Positions 25,698 to 39,151 are shown, numbered from the stretch's first letter. The stretch: 64,000 nucleotides of DNA from Escherichia coli (GCF_003018115.1 NZ_CP027457.1), one strand, 5' to 3'. Notes: generated by a model from the letters alone, not told the origin. A program made the numbers and translations.

Positions 25698-25992
25698 CTC
25701 TAGATCTCTTTTTTGCCTGCAAGCCCGGGTAATGCGCCCACAAGTTCTGCTTAATCGATTGAAAAAACATCTTTTTTTTAAAGATGTGTTCGATGCTGTG
25801 TACCAGTGCTCACAGAGGTCTACTTTTTCGCGAAAACGTAGATCTCTAACGCCCAACGAAAAGCATGAAAGCGATCACGAATCCCATTGGGTCGTCATGT
25901 TCTGCCGATCGCATCTTCCTATCCTCGCTCCAGGCCTGCCGCATAACCAATCAGGCTTCCTACTTACAGAATTGAGAAAAGAGGATGTGGAA

Positions 25993-29821
<3,829 letters not shown>

Positions 29822-29987
29822 TTTAATATCCCTCCGGCGAATTATGCTCACAACCTGAACTTAACAGAAAACAATCCGTTCAGGGATACGACGTTTGTAT
29901 TTTAAGAATCTGACTGCCTGACCCGACGCATTTTACCTCTCCCTATATTCATGCGTCCGGGACATAAACATAAATAAGGGCTATGAG

Positions 29988-31703
29988 ATGAATTCGTTAC
30001 AAATCTTGAGTTTTGTCGGTTTTACGCTGCTGGTGGCGATCATCACCTGGTGGAAGGTTCGCAAAACAGATACCGGATCGCAACAAGGCTATTTTCTTGC
30101 CGGACGTTCACTAAAAGCGCCGGTTATTGCCGCTTCGTTAATGTTAACGAATCTTTCCACGGAACAACTGGTTGGTCTTTCCGGGCAGGCCTACAAAAGC
30201 GGCATGTCGGTGATGGGCTGGGAAGTCACTTCAGCGGTGACGCTGATCTTCCTCGCGCTAATCTTTTTACCGCGCTATCTGAAGCGCGGCATTGCCACCA
30301 TCCCCGATTTTCTGGAGGAACGTTATGATAAAACGACGCGTATTATCATCGACTTCTGCTTCCTCATTGCCACCGGCGTCTGCTTTCTGCCGATTGTTCT
30401 CTACTCCGGCGCGTTGGCGCTCAACAGCCTGTTTCACGTCGGGGAATCGCTACAGATTTCTCACGGTGCGGCTATCTGGCTATTGGTAATTTTGCTTGGT
30501 CTGGCGGGAATTTTGTATGCGGTGATCGGCGGACTGCGCGCAATGGCAGTGGCGGACTCCATCAACGGTATTGGGCTGGTTATCGGCGGGTTGATGGTGC
30601 CGGTATTTGGCCTGATCGCGATGGGCAAGGGCAGCTTTATGCAGGGCATTGAGCAAATTACCACCGTTCACGCCGAGAAATTAAACTCAGTCGGTGGCCC
30701 GACCGATCCCTTGCCGATTGGCGCGGCATTTACCGGTTTAATTCTGGTGAACACCTTTTACTGGTGTACAAATCAGGGCATCGTGCAACGCACGCTGGCG
30801 TCAAAAAGCCTGGCGGAAGGGCAAAAGGGGGCGCTGTTAACGGCGGTGCTGAAAATGCTCGACCCGCTGGTACTGGTGCTGCCAGGGTTGATTGCGTTTC
30901 ATTTGTATCAGGATTTACCGAAAGCCGACATGGCCTACCCGACGCTGGTCAATAACGTTCTGCCAGTGCCACTGGTGGGTTTCTTCGGCGCGGTGTTATT
31001 TGGTGCGGTGATCAGTACCTTCAACGGCTTTCTGAATAGCGCCAGTACGTTATTCAGTATGGGTATTTACCGTCGCATCATTAACCAGAATGCCGAGCCG
31101 CAGCAGCTGGTCACCGTCGGGCGCAAATTTGGTTTCTTTATCGCTATCGCTTCGGTGCTGGTAGCGCCGTGGATCGCCAACGCGCCGCAGGGGCTGTATA
31201 GCTGGATGAAACAGCTCAACGGCATTTACAACGTGCCGCTGGTTACCATCATCATTATGGGCTTTTTCTTCCCGCGCATCCCGGCGCTGGCGGCAAAAGT
31301 AGCGATGGGGATTGGCATAATCAGCTACATCACCATCAACTATCTGGTGAAGTTCGACTTCCATTTCCTCTATGTGCTGGCCTGTACGTTCTGCATCAAC
31401 GTGGTCGTGATGCTGGTGATCGGTTTTATCAAACCGCGCGCCACGCCGTTCACCTTCAAAGATGCGTTTGCGGTGGACATGAAACCGTGGAAAAACGTCA
31501 AGATCGCGTCAATTGGCATCCTGTTCGCGATGATTGGCGTCTATGCCGGGCTGGCTGAATTCGGCGGCTACGGTACGCGCTGGTTAGCGATGATCAGTTA
31601 TTTCATTGCCGCCGTAGTGATTGTCTACCTGATTTTTGACAGCTGGCGGCATCGTCACGACCCAGCCGTAACCTTTACTCCCGATGCAAAGGATAGCCTA
31701 TGA
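29988..31703 (+). CDS. yidK: Sodium:solute symporter family transporter YidK
   Basis: 571-aa multi-TM ORF of the SSF family; translationally coupled to yidJ (ATGA overlap). Confidence 0.88.
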   Translation: MNSLQILSFVGFTLLVAIITWWKVRKTDTGSQQGYFLAGRSLKAPVIAASLMLTNLSTEQLVGLSGQAYKSGMSVMGWEVTSAVTLIFLALIFLPRYLKRGIATIPDFLEERYDKTTRIIIDFCFLIATGVCFLPIVLYSGALALNSLFHVGESLQISHGAAIWLLVILLGLAGILYAVIGGLRAMAVADSINGIGLVIGGLMVPVFGLIAMGKGSFMQGIEQITTVHAEKLNSVGGPTDPLPIGAAFTGLILVNTFYWCTNQGIVQRTLASKSLAEGQKGALLTAVLKMLDPLVLVLPGLIAFHLYQDLPKADMAYPTLVNNVLPVPLVGFFGAVLFGAVISTFNGFLNSASTLFSMGIYRRIINQNAEPQQLVTVGRKFGFFIAIASVLVAPWIANAPQGLYSWMKQLNGIYNVPLVTIIIMGFFFPRIPALAAKVAMGIGIISYITINYLVKFDFHFLYVLACTFCINVVVMLVIGFIKPRATPFTFKDAFAVDMKPWKNVKIASIGILFAMIGVYAGLAEFGGYGTRWLAMISYFIAAVVIVYLIFDSWRHRHDPAVTFTPDAKDSL

Positions 31704-33193
31704 AACGCCCCAATTTTCTGTTCATCATGACCGATACCCAGGCCACCAATATGGTCGGTTGCTATAGCGGTAAGCCGCTGAATACGCAAAATATTGATAG
31801 TCTGGCGGCGGAAGGTATTCGCTTTAACTCCGCCTACACCTGTTCACCGGTTTGTACACCGGCGCGCGCCGGGCTGTTTACCGGTATCTACGCTAACCAG
31901 TCCGGCCCGTGGACCAATAACGTCGCGCCAGGCAAAAACATTTCCACTATGGGGCGCTACTTTAAGGATGTCGGCTATCACACCTGTTACATCGGCAAAT
32001 GGCATCTCGACGGTCATGACTATTTCGGCACTGGCGAGTGTCCGCCGGAGTGGGACGCTGATTACTGGTTCGATGGAGCGAACTATCTTAGCGAACTGAC
32101 GGAAAAAGAGATTAGCCTGTGGCGCAATGGCCTAAACAGCGTCGAAGATTTACAGGCGAACCATATCGACGAAACCTTCACCTGGGCGCACCGCATCAGC
32201 AATCGGGCGGTGGATTTTCTGCAACAGCCCGCGCGCACCGAGGAACCCTTCCTGATGGTGGTTTCGTATGATGAGCCGCATCACCCGTTCACCTGTCCGG
32301 TGGAGTATTTAGAGAAATACGCTGATTTTTACTACGAGCTGGGCGAGAAAGCACAGGATGACCTGGCTAACAAACCGGAACATCACCGCTTATGGGCGCA
32401 GGCGATGCCATCGCCAGTCGGTGATGACGGGCTTTATCACCATCCGCTCTATTTTGCCTGTAATGACTTTGTTGATGACCAAATCGGACGGGTCATCAAT
32501 GCCTTAACGCCAGAGCAACGTGAAAATACGTGGGTTATTTATACCTCCGATCACGGCGAAATGATGGGCGCACATAAGCTGATCAGTAAAGGGGCGGCGA
32601 TGTATGACGACATCACCCGCATTCCGCTGATCATCCGTTCGCCGCAAGGGGAGCGGCGACAGGTCGATACGCCAGTCAGTCATATCGATTTACTGCCGAC
32701 AATGATGGCGCTGGCAGATATTGAAAAACCAGAGATTCTGCCGGGGGAAAATATCCTTGCAGTGAAAGAGCCACGCGGTGTAATGGTGGAATTTAACCGC
32801 TACGAGATTGAGCATGACAGCTTTGGCGGTTTTATTCCGGTGCGTTGCTGGGTGACGGATGACTTTAAACTGGTGCTCAACCTCTTCACCAGTGATGAAC
32901 TTTACGATCGCCGTAATGATCCAAATGAAATGCATAACCTGATCGATGATATCCGTTTTGCCGACGTGCGCAGCAAAATGCATGACGCCTTATTGGATTA
33001 CATGGACAAAATTCGCGATCCGTTCCGCAGTTACCAATGGAGCCTGCGTCCGTGGCGTAAAGATGCACGGCCGCGCTGGATGGGGGCGTTTCGTCCACGC
33101 CCACAAGATGGCTATTCGCCAGTGGTACGCGACTATGACACCGGCCTACCGACACAAGGGGTGAAGGTGGAAGAGAAAAAACAGAAGTTCTGA
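31700..33193 (+). CDS. yidJ: Sulfatase family protein YidJ
   Basis: 497-aa ORF MKRPNFLFIMTDTQATNMVGCYSG...CSPVCTPARAGLFTG... with the sulfatase C-x-P-x-R signature (CTPAR) that is converted to formylglycine. Confidence 0.9.
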   Translation: MKRPNFLFIMTDTQATNMVGCYSGKPLNTQNIDSLAAEGIRFNSAYTCSPVCTPARAGLFTGIYANQSGPWTNNVAPGKNISTMGRYFKDVGYHTCYIGKWHLDGHDYFGTGECPPEWDADYWFDGANYLSELTEKEISLWRNGLNSVEDLQANHIDETFTWAHRISNRAVDFLQQPARTEEPFLMVVSYDEPHHPFTCPVEYLEKYADFYYELGEKAQDDLANKPEHHRLWAQAMPSPVGDDGLYHHPLYFACNDFVDDQIGRVINALTPEQRENTWVIYTSDHGEMMGAHKLISKGAAMYDDITRIPLIIRSPQGERRQVDTPVSHIDLLPTMMALADIEKPEILPGENILAVKEPRGVMVEFNRYEIEHDSFGGFIPVRCWVTDDFKLVLNLFTSDELYDRRNDPNEMHNLIDDIRFADVRSKMHDALLDYMDKIRDPFRSYQWSLRPWRKDARPRWMGAFRPRPQDGYSPVVRDYDTGLPTQGVKVEEKKQKF

Positions 33194-33199
33194 CGATAA

Positions 33200-33232
33200 T
33201 GCCCGCTGATGATCACCCGGCGGGCATTATTC
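33200..33232. terminator. Bidirectional hairpin between yidJ and yidI
   Basis: atgcccgc ... gcgggcat inverted repeat in the convergent intergenic region. Confidence 0.5.
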
Positions 33233-33239
33233 AGGCTGC

Positions 33240-33689
33240 TTAAACCAGTGAACCGCCGGTCAGGAAGGAAAAGATAAGGAATATCAGCAAAATGCTGCAC
33301 ACGATGCCGATACCAAAAAGCAAGGTATGGAAAGCCAGCGTCCCGCCGCCAAAAACCAGCGCGCCGCGAATGCCCCAGCGATTTTCCTTACGCATACCGC
33401 CAATAAATGCGCAAAGTAGCGCAGCAATGGCCAGTGCGATACCGCTTTGATTGAGGATTTTATCGACATCTACGTCCTCTTTTTTCTCCACGGTGGTAAT
33501 TTTTTCGCCTTTTATTCCGGCGACAAGACCTCTTTTAATTTCAGCCGTTTTGTCCGCCACGATGCTTTCAAACGTTGGCGGTGGTGCGGAGAAAGGGCCG
33601 AATGAAAAGTGGATAATCCCCATCATTAAAGCGATGGCACCGAACAGCATGCCCAATGAACTGATTTTATTTTGAGCTATGATACCCAT
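33240..33689 (-). CDS. yidI: Inner membrane protein YidI
   Basis: 149-aa hydrophobic ORF at the syntenic position. Confidence 0.8.
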   Translation of the reverse strand: MGIIAQNKISSLGMLFGAIALMMGIIHFSFGPFSAPPPTFESIVADKTAEIKRGLVAGIKGEKITTVEKKEDVDVDKILNQSGIALAIAALLCAFIGGMRKENRWGIRGALVFGGGTLAFHTLLFGIGIVCSILLIFLIFSFLTGGSLV

Positions 33690-33797
33690 CTGACCTCCTT
33701 GTAGCGGATGGCAAAAGCATATCAGGAAACGGGCGGACGAAATTCTTAAAAAAAACCGCTAAAGGTAGAGCGTTAGTGAAATTGCAAAGGAGCAACA

Positions 33798-34145
33798 ATG
33801 AAAATTTCCCGCCTCGGAGAAGCGCCCGATTACCGCTTCTCGCTGGCTAATGAGCGTACTTTTCTGGCGTGGATCCGTACTGCACTAGGATTTCTGGCGG
33901 CGGGGGTTGGGCTTGATCAACTTGCGCCAGATTTCGCCACGCCCGTCATTCGTGAACTGTTGGCGTTGTTGTTGTGTCTGTTTTCCGGCGGGTTAGCGAT
34001 GTATGGCTACCTGCGCTGGTTACGCAATGAAAAAGCGATGCGTCTGAAAGAGGACCTGCCTTACACTAACAGCTTATTAATCATCAGCTTAATATTGATG
34101 GTCGTGGCGGTGATCGTTATGGGACTGGTGTTGTATGCCGGATAG
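33798..34145 (+). CDS. yidH: Inner membrane protein YidH (DUF202)
   Basis: 115-aa ORF MKISRLGEAPDYRFSLANERTFLAWIRTALGF...; overlaps yidG start. Confidence 0.8.
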   Translation: MKISRLGEAPDYRFSLANERTFLAWIRTALGFLAAGVGLDQLAPDFATPVIRELLALLLCLFSGGLAMYGYLRWLRNEKAMRLKEDLPYTNSLLIISLILMVVAVIVMGLVLYAG

Positions 34146-34497
34146 CCGCAAAGCCAGACGCATTGCCGACCCAGGACTGCAGCCGGAGCGTACATCACTG
34201 GCGTGGTTTCGTACCATGCTGGGCTACGGCGCGTTGATGGCGTTGGCTATCAAACACAACTGGCACCAGGCGGGCATGTTATTCTGGATTTCGATTGGCA
34301 TCCTCGCCATCGTGGCGCTGATCCTCTGGCACTACACCCGTAATCGCAATTTAATGGATGTCACGAATAGCGATTTTTCCCAATTTCACGTAGTCCGTGA
34401 CAAATTTTTGATCTCCCTCGCGGTGTTATCTCTCGCAATACTGTTTGCTGTAACGCATATACATCAACTTATCGTATTTATTGAGAGAGTCGCATGA
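34135..34497 (+). CDS. yidG: Inner membrane protein YidG
   Basis: 120-aa ORF MPDSRKARRIADPGLQPERTSLAWFRTMLGYGAL...; paralogous in style to YidH (both contain ERT.LAW.RT). Confidence 0.8.
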   Translation: MPDSRKARRIADPGLQPERTSLAWFRTMLGYGALMALAIKHNWHQAGMLFWISIGILAIVALILWHYTRNRNLMDVTNSDFSQFHVVRDKFLISLAVLSLAILFAVTHIHQLIVFIERVA

Positions 34498-34991
34498 CAG
34501 GAAGTCAGGTCATTGATGCTGAAGAGGACAGGCATAAACTGGTTGTAGAGTATAAGGATACTCTGCAACCTGCCGATTTTTATCACAATTTCAAACAGCG
34601 GGGCATCCGCTCCGTACAGCTTATTCCCCATCTTGAATTTGATGACCGGGGCGATATGACGGCCGCTTCGGTGACAGCAGAGCTGTGGGGGAAATTTTTA
34701 ATTGCCCTGTTTGAGTGTTGGGTGCGGGCAGATATCAGTCGTATTTCGATTGAGCTTTTTGATGCCACTTTACAAAAATGGTGTGGCAGCGAAAACCCGC
34801 ACCCGCGCCGTGACTGCCAGGCGTGCGACTGGCATCGGCTGTGTCCGCACGCTCGGGAGGAGACGCCAGACAACGTGCTTTGTGCGGGCTATCAGGCGTT
34901 TTATTCTTACTCCGCACCGCATATGCGGGTGATGCGTGATCTGATAAAGCAGCATCGTTCTCCCATGGAGCTGATGACGATGCTGCGGTGA
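34494..34991 (+). CDS. yidF: YidF, short protein resembling the C-terminal Cys-rich part of radical-SAM sulfatase maturases
   Basis: 165-aa ORF with a cysteine cluster (CQACDWHRLCPHAREETPDNVLCAGY); sits in the same locus as the sulfatase yidJ. Confidence 0.8.
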   Translation: MTGSQVIDAEEDRHKLVVEYKDTLQPADFYHNFKQRGIRSVQLIPHLEFDDRGDMTAASVTAELWGKFLIALFECWVRADISRISIELFDATLQKWCGSENPHPRRDCQACDWHRLCPHAREETPDNVLCAGYQAFYSYSAPHMRVMRDLIKQHRSPMELMTMLR

Positions 34992-34998
34992 TGTGCGC

Positions 34999-36183
34999 TT
35001 AAACGGGCTGCCCCTGATGCGACATCCGCGTCGCCAGCGGTAGCCAGCACAGCACGATCAACAATCCCATTAAGGTCATCAACAACCCCAGGCTGCCCTG
35101 ACCGGTTTGCGGCAACATCGCTGATAGCGACGCCAGCACGCCGGAACCAATGTTTTGCAGACCACCGACCAGCGCGCCAGCCGTGCCCGCCAGGAAGGGG
35201 AACGGCTCCATCGCGCCGCTGGTCGCCAGCGGAAACAGCATCCCGGCACCGAAAAAGAACAGCGCGGCGGGAACAAGCAGCGTCCAGACATTCATCACGC
35301 CAAACCAGTCGGGGATCCACATCAGCAAGCCAGCCAGCAGGCAGCAGATAACCGACTGCCACATCAACGTTGAGAAGCGTTTATTAGGACGCCCGGCAAA
35401 CCATGCCCCAAAAAATGCCGCCGGAATCGGCAGAATAAACAAAATACTGACCGTCATACTGCTCAGCCCTAACACCGCGCCCATCAGCACGCCGGAGCAG
35501 GCTTCAAAGGCGGCAATCCCGGCCAGACCGCCAATCAGCATCAGCAAATAACAGTTAAAACCGCCGTTACCGAAAAGCGTTTTATAACTGGTAAGCAGGC
35601 GCGTGCGCGGTGCATCGACCGGACGCGTTTCCGGCATCCAGCGGGCCATACTGAAGGTCACACCAGCACAAAGAACCAACAAAAAGAGATAACAGGCGCG
35701 CCAGTTCCACATCGTATCCAGCAGACCGCCGATTAGCGGTGCGAGCAACGGACTAACAAGAATCCCCATGTTTAACAGGCTGTTAGCATGGCGCAACTGT
35801 GTCCGTTCATATAAATCACGCGGCAAAGTACGCGCCATTACGCCGCCAACGCCGGTGCCCATCCCCTGCATCGCGCTGGCGGCAATTAACACCGTCAAAC
35901 TGGAGGTCGTGACCGCGACCAGCGTTGCCAGCATAAAAATGGACATTCCGATGAGGATCACCGGTCGGCGGCCCACGCGGTCGGAAATCGGGCCATAAAA
36001 CAGCTGTGAGACACCGTAAGTCAGCAGATAAGCGCCCATTACGCTCTGCACCGCCCCTTCACGGACGTTGAGATCGCGCGCCATATCGGCAATAGCTGGA
36101 ATATAAATGGTTTGCGCCATCTGACCGACGGCCACGAGTAATACCAACATCAATAACAAATTGACGTTTCTTTGCCTTTTCAT
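34999..36183 (-). CDS. emrD: MFS multidrug efflux transporter EmrD
   Basis: ORF 34999..36189; from Met3 the product is MKRQRNVNLLLMLVLLVAVGQMAQTIYIPAIADMARDLNVREGAVQ..., 394 aa. Confidence 0.9.
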   Translation of the reverse strand: MKRQRNVNLLLMLVLLVAVGQMAQTIYIPAIADMARDLNVREGAVQSVMGAYLLTYGVSQLFYGPISDRVGRRPVILIGMSIFMLATLVAVTTSSLTVLIAASAMQGMGTGVGGVMARTLPRDLYERTQLRHANSLLNMGILVSPLLAPLIGGLLDTMWNWRACYLFLLVLCAGVTFSMARWMPETRPVDAPRTRLLTSYKTLFGNGGFNCYLLMLIGGLAGIAAFEACSGVLMGAVLGLSSMTVSILFILPIPAAFFGAWFAGRPNKRFSTLMWQSVICCLLAGLLMWIPDWFGVMNVWTLLVPAALFFFGAGMLFPLATSGAMEPFPFLAGTAGALVGGLQNIGSGVLASLSAMLPQTGQGSLGLLMTLMGLLIVLCWLPLATRMSHQGQPV

Positions 36184-36359
36184 TATCACGGATGCTTTTA
36201 TAAAAATAATTAGAATAAGTCACTACGCATTCCCATAAATGCGGGAGAGGAATCTATCACATTGATAAATGTTAGCCAGATATACGCCAGGAATGGGGAA
36301 TTGTTTAGCGGCAGAATATGTAAACAAAAGCGGCAATAAATGTTGCCGGGAGGGATTAC

Positions 36360-36480
36360 GTGCGAACTGTAACCCTCTCCCTGAAAGGGCGAGGGGGAAA
36401 CCACCGTTCCCTTTCAGAAAATGAGCTAAACATTGCACGGGACGGTCCCCTCGCCCCTTTGGGGAGAGGGCTAGGGTGAG
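36360..36480. repeat. Nested inverted-repeat intergenic element (REP/BIME-like, family not identified)
   Basis: ccctctccc...gggcgagggg on the left arm pairs with cccctcgccc...gggagaggg on the right arm; ORF-track frames here (36223..36537, 36356..36544) look like palindrome artefacts. Confidence 0.45.
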
Positions 36481-36550
36481 GGGCACAGGCAGCGCAGGTG
36501 CAAACATTCTGCTGGTAGAAGAAGCCCCCAACTCCAACCCGCACGCTAAA

Positions 36551-36579
36551 TATAAAAGGGGAGCGGTTACCCGCTCCCC
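36551..36579 (-). terminator. Rho-independent terminator of tisB
   Basis: ggggagcgg-ttac-ccgctcccc perfect 9-bp hairpin; on the minus strand it is followed by a TTTTATA tract and lies just downstream of the tisB stop. Confidence 0.6.
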
Positions 36580-36601
36580 TTTGGTGCGACTTGAATCTGA
36601 A

Positions 36602-36691
36602 TTACTTCAGGTATTTCAGAACAGCATCAAGCAGTTGCAGTGCTGCAACAATGAGTTTGAGGATAAGAATGGCGATATCCACCAGGCTCAT
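36602..36691 (-). CDS. tisB: Type I toxin TisB (29-aa SOS-induced membrane peptide)
   Basis: Reverse complement encodes MSLVDIAILILKLIVAALQLLDAVLKYLK; matches TisB as I recall it (my recollection has Asn at position 2). Located between emrD and ivbL as in K-12. Below the ORF-track size cut-off. Confidence 0.88.
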   Translation of the reverse strand: MSLVDIAILILKLIVAALQLLDAVLKYLK

Positions 36692-36793
36692 ACGCGTCTC
36701 CTGTGGTTCAGGAGCACTGCCAGCTGACGTACCTTTCCGCTGCCTGTTGCCAGCTGTTGTGCACGCGGTATCTCAAGGAGAAACGTTGTGCTT

Positions 36794-36814
36794 GTTGACA
36801 TAACACAGTGTGCT
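36794..36814 (-). promoter_or_regulatory. IstR-1 antisense target site within the tisAB mRNA leader
   Basis: gttgacataacacagtgtgct (plus strand) ~100 nt upstream of tisB is near-identical to the plus-strand segment at 37052-37072; the minus-strand transcript is therefore complementary to the RNA from 37052 over 21 nt with one G-U pair. Confidence 0.5.
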
Positions 36815-36927
36815 CACGCGGGGTTAAGGCGCTGACGGCACCACCCGTTTCAGCCAGGACTTAGTGCGCCGGGTAACGATACGGCCCCCGCATAACACAT
36901 TGCGTACAGTGATATTATAGAAGTTTA

Positions 36928-36943
36928 CTGTATAAATAAACAG
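36928..36943. promoter_or_regulatory. LexA box (SOS box) of the divergent tisAB / istR-2 promoters
   Basis: CTGTATAAATAAACAG fits CTGT-N8-ACAG, placed between tisB (minus) and the istR region (plus). Confidence 0.7.
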
Positions 36944-37051
36944 TAATATTTAGACAAAACGTAAACTGTGATCGATACTCAACTATGTACTAAATACGTC
37001 AAAATTCGTGCCGAAATTGCGCGTTCTGCGCGGAACAGGTATACTTTCAGT

Positions 37052-37126
37052 GTTGACATAATACAGTGTGCTTTGCGGTTACCAGCCGCAGGCGGCTGAC
37101 GAAACCTCGCTCCGGCGGGGTTTTTT
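37052..37126 (+). ncRNA. istR: IstR-1 antisense sRNA (antitoxin of tisB); IstR-2 would start ~65 nt upstream and share the 3' end
   Basis: Promoter-like -35 TTGCGC (37017-22) and -10 TATACT (37040-45) with 17-nt spacing; transcript would start near 37052 with the 21-nt region complementary to the tisAB leader and end at a GC-rich stem plus T6 near 37121-37126, giving ~75 nt. Confidence 0.6.
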
Positions 37127-37255
37127 GTTACCTGCAACTCAGTACAAAACGTGATCAACCCCTCAATTTTCCCTTGCTGAAAAATTTTCCATTGTCTCCT
37201 CTGTAAAGCTGTGCTTGTATAAATATTGTTAAACACAAAACCAACAAGGTCCCCA

Positions 37256-37354
37256 ATGACTACTTCCATGTTCAACGCAAAACTACTACCAACTGCGCCA
37301 TCCGCCGCAGTGGTCGTCGTGCGTGTGGTGGTGGTCGTCGGCAATGCGCCGTAG
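37256..37354 (+). CDS. ivbL: ilvB operon leader peptide IvbL (32 aa)
   Basis: ATG ACT ACT TCC ATG TTC AAC GCA AAA CTA CTA CCA ACT GCG CCA TCC GCC GCA GTG GTC GTC GTG CGT GTG GTG GTG GTC GTC GGC AAT GCG CCG TAG = MTTSMFNAKLLPTAPSAAVVVVRVVVVVGNAP, a Val/Leu-rich attenuation leader. Confidence 0.85.
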   Translation: MTTSMFNAKLLPTAPSAAVVVVRVVVVVGNAP

Positions 37355-37381
37355 GGACTGGAACAACACACGATTCCAAAA

Positions 37382-37411
37382 CCCCGCCGGCGCAAACCGG
37401 GCGGGGTTTTT
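37382..37411 (+). terminator. ilvB attenuator (rho-independent terminator after ivbL)
   Basis: ccccgccgg ... ccgggcgggg hairpin followed by TTTTT, between ivbL and ilvB. Confidence 0.7.
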
Positions 37412-37459
37412 CGTTTAAGCACCTCCCGGAAAGTCGGCCCAGAAGAAAAGGACTGGAGC

Positions 37460-39148
37460 ATGGCAAGTTCGGGCACATCATCGACGCGTAAGCGCTTTAC
37501 CGGCGCAGAATTTATCGTTCATTTCCTGGAACAGCAGGGCATTAAGATTGTGACGGGCATTCCGGGCGGTTCTATCCTGCCTGTTTACGATGCCTTAAGC
37601 CAAAGCACGCAAATCCGCCATATTCTGGCTCGCCATGAACAGGGCGCGGGGTTTATCGCTCAGGGAATGGCGCGCACCGACGGTAAACCGGCGGTCTGTA
37701 TGGCCTGTAGCGGACCGGGTGCGACTAACCTGGTGACCGCCATTGCCGATGCGCGGCTGGATTCCATCCCGCTGATTTGCATCACTGGTCAGGTTCCCGC
37801 CTCGATGATCGGTACCGACGCCTTCCAGGAAGTCGATACCTACGGCATCTCTATCCCCATCACCAAACACAACTATCTGGTCAGACATATCGAAGAACTC
37901 CCGCAGGTCATGAGCGATGCCTTCCGCATTGCGCAATCAGGCCGCCCTGGCCCGGTGTGGATAGACATTCCTAAGGATGTACAAACGGCAGTTTTTGAGA
38001 TTGAAGCTCAGCCCGCGGTGGCAGAAAAAGCCGCTGCACCCGCCTTTAGCGAAGAAAGCATTCGTGACGCGGCTGCGATGATTAACGCCGCCAAACGCCC
38101 GGTGCTTTATCTGGGTGGTGGTGTAATCAACGCACCTGCGCGGGTGCGTGAACTGGCGGAGAAAGCGCAACTGCCTACTACCATGACCTTAATGGCGCTG
38201 GGTATGCTGCCAAAAGCGCATCCGCTGTCGCTGGGTATGCTGGGGATGCACGGCGTGCGCAGCACCAACTATATTTTGCAGGAGGCGGATTTGTTGATTG
38301 TGCTCGGTGCGCGTTTTGATGACCGGGCGATTGGCAAAACCGAGCAGTTCTGCCCGAATGCCAAAATTATTCATGTCGATATCGACCGCGCAGAGCTGGG
38401 TAAAATCAAGCAACCGCATGTGGCGATTCAGGCGGATGTTGATGACGTGCTGGCGCAGTTGATCCCGCTGGTGGAAGCGCAACCGCGTGCAGAGTGGCAC
38501 CAGTTGGTGGCGGATTTGCAGCGCGAATTTCCGTGTCCAATCCCGAAAGCGTGCGATCCGTTAAGCCATTACGGCCTGATCAACGCCGTTGCCGCCTGTG
38601 TCGATGACAATGCAATTATCACCACCGACGTAGGTCAGCATCAGATGTGGACCGCGCAGGCTTATCCGCTCAATCGCCCACGCCAGTGGCTGACCTCCGG
38701 TGGGCTGGGCACGATGGGCTTTGGCCTGCCTGCGGCGATTGGCGCAGCGCTGGCGAACCCGGATCGCAAAGTGTTGTGTTTCTCCGGCGACGGCAGCCTG
38801 ATGATGAATATTCAGGAGATGGCGACCGCCAGTGAAAATCAGCTGGATGTCAAAATCATTCTGATGAACAACGAAGCGCTGGGGCTGGTGCATCAGCAAC
38901 AGAGTCTGTTCTACAAGCAGGGCGTTTTTGCCGCTACCTATCCGGGCAAAATCAACTTTATGCAGATTGCCGCCGGATTCGGCCTCGAAACCTGTGATTT
39001 GAATAACGAAGCCGATCCGCAGGCTGCATTGCAAGAAATCATCAATCGCCCTGGTCCGGCGCTGATCCATGTGCGTATTGATGCCGAAGAAAAAGTGTAC
39101 CCGATGGTGCCGCCAGGTGCGGCGAATACTGAAATGGTGGGGGAATAA
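37460..39148 (+). CDS. ilvB: Acetolactate synthase I large subunit
   Basis: 562-aa ORF MASSGTSSTRKRFTGAEFIVHFLEQQGIKIVTGIPGGSILPVYDAL..., a ThDP-dependent enzyme. Confidence 0.95.
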   Translation: MASSGTSSTRKRFTGAEFIVHFLEQQGIKIVTGIPGGSILPVYDALSQSTQIRHILARHEQGAGFIAQGMARTDGKPAVCMACSGPGATNLVTAIADARLDSIPLICITGQVPASMIGTDAFQEVDTYGISIPITKHNYLVRHIEELPQVMSDAFRIAQSGRPGPVWIDIPKDVQTAVFEIEAQPAVAEKAAAPAFSEESIRDAAAMINAAKRPVLYLGGGVINAPARVRELAEKAQLPTTMTLMALGMLPKAHPLSLGMLGMHGVRSTNYILQEADLLIVLGARFDDRAIGKTEQFCPNAKIIHVDIDRAELGKIKQPHVAIQADVDDVLAQLIPLVEAQPRAEWHQLVADLQREFPCPIPKACDPLSHYGLINAVAACVDDNAIITTDVGQHQMWTAQAYPLNRPRQWLTSGGLGTMGFGLPAAIGAALANPDRKVLCFSGDGSLMMNIQEMATASENQLDVKIILMNNEALGLVHQQQSLFYKQGVFAATYPGKINFMQIAAGFGLETCDLNNEADPQAALQEIINRPGPALIHVRIDAEEKVYPMVPPGAANTEMVGE

Positions 39149-39151
39149 GCC

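Noticed and set aside
36979-37476. 165-aa minus-strand ORF overlapping the istR, ivbL and ilvB promoter region
   Set aside because: Overlaps the experimentally known ilvB leader/attenuator arrangement and the istR sRNA region; no Shine-Dalgarno, translation is Thr/Arg-rich low complexity.
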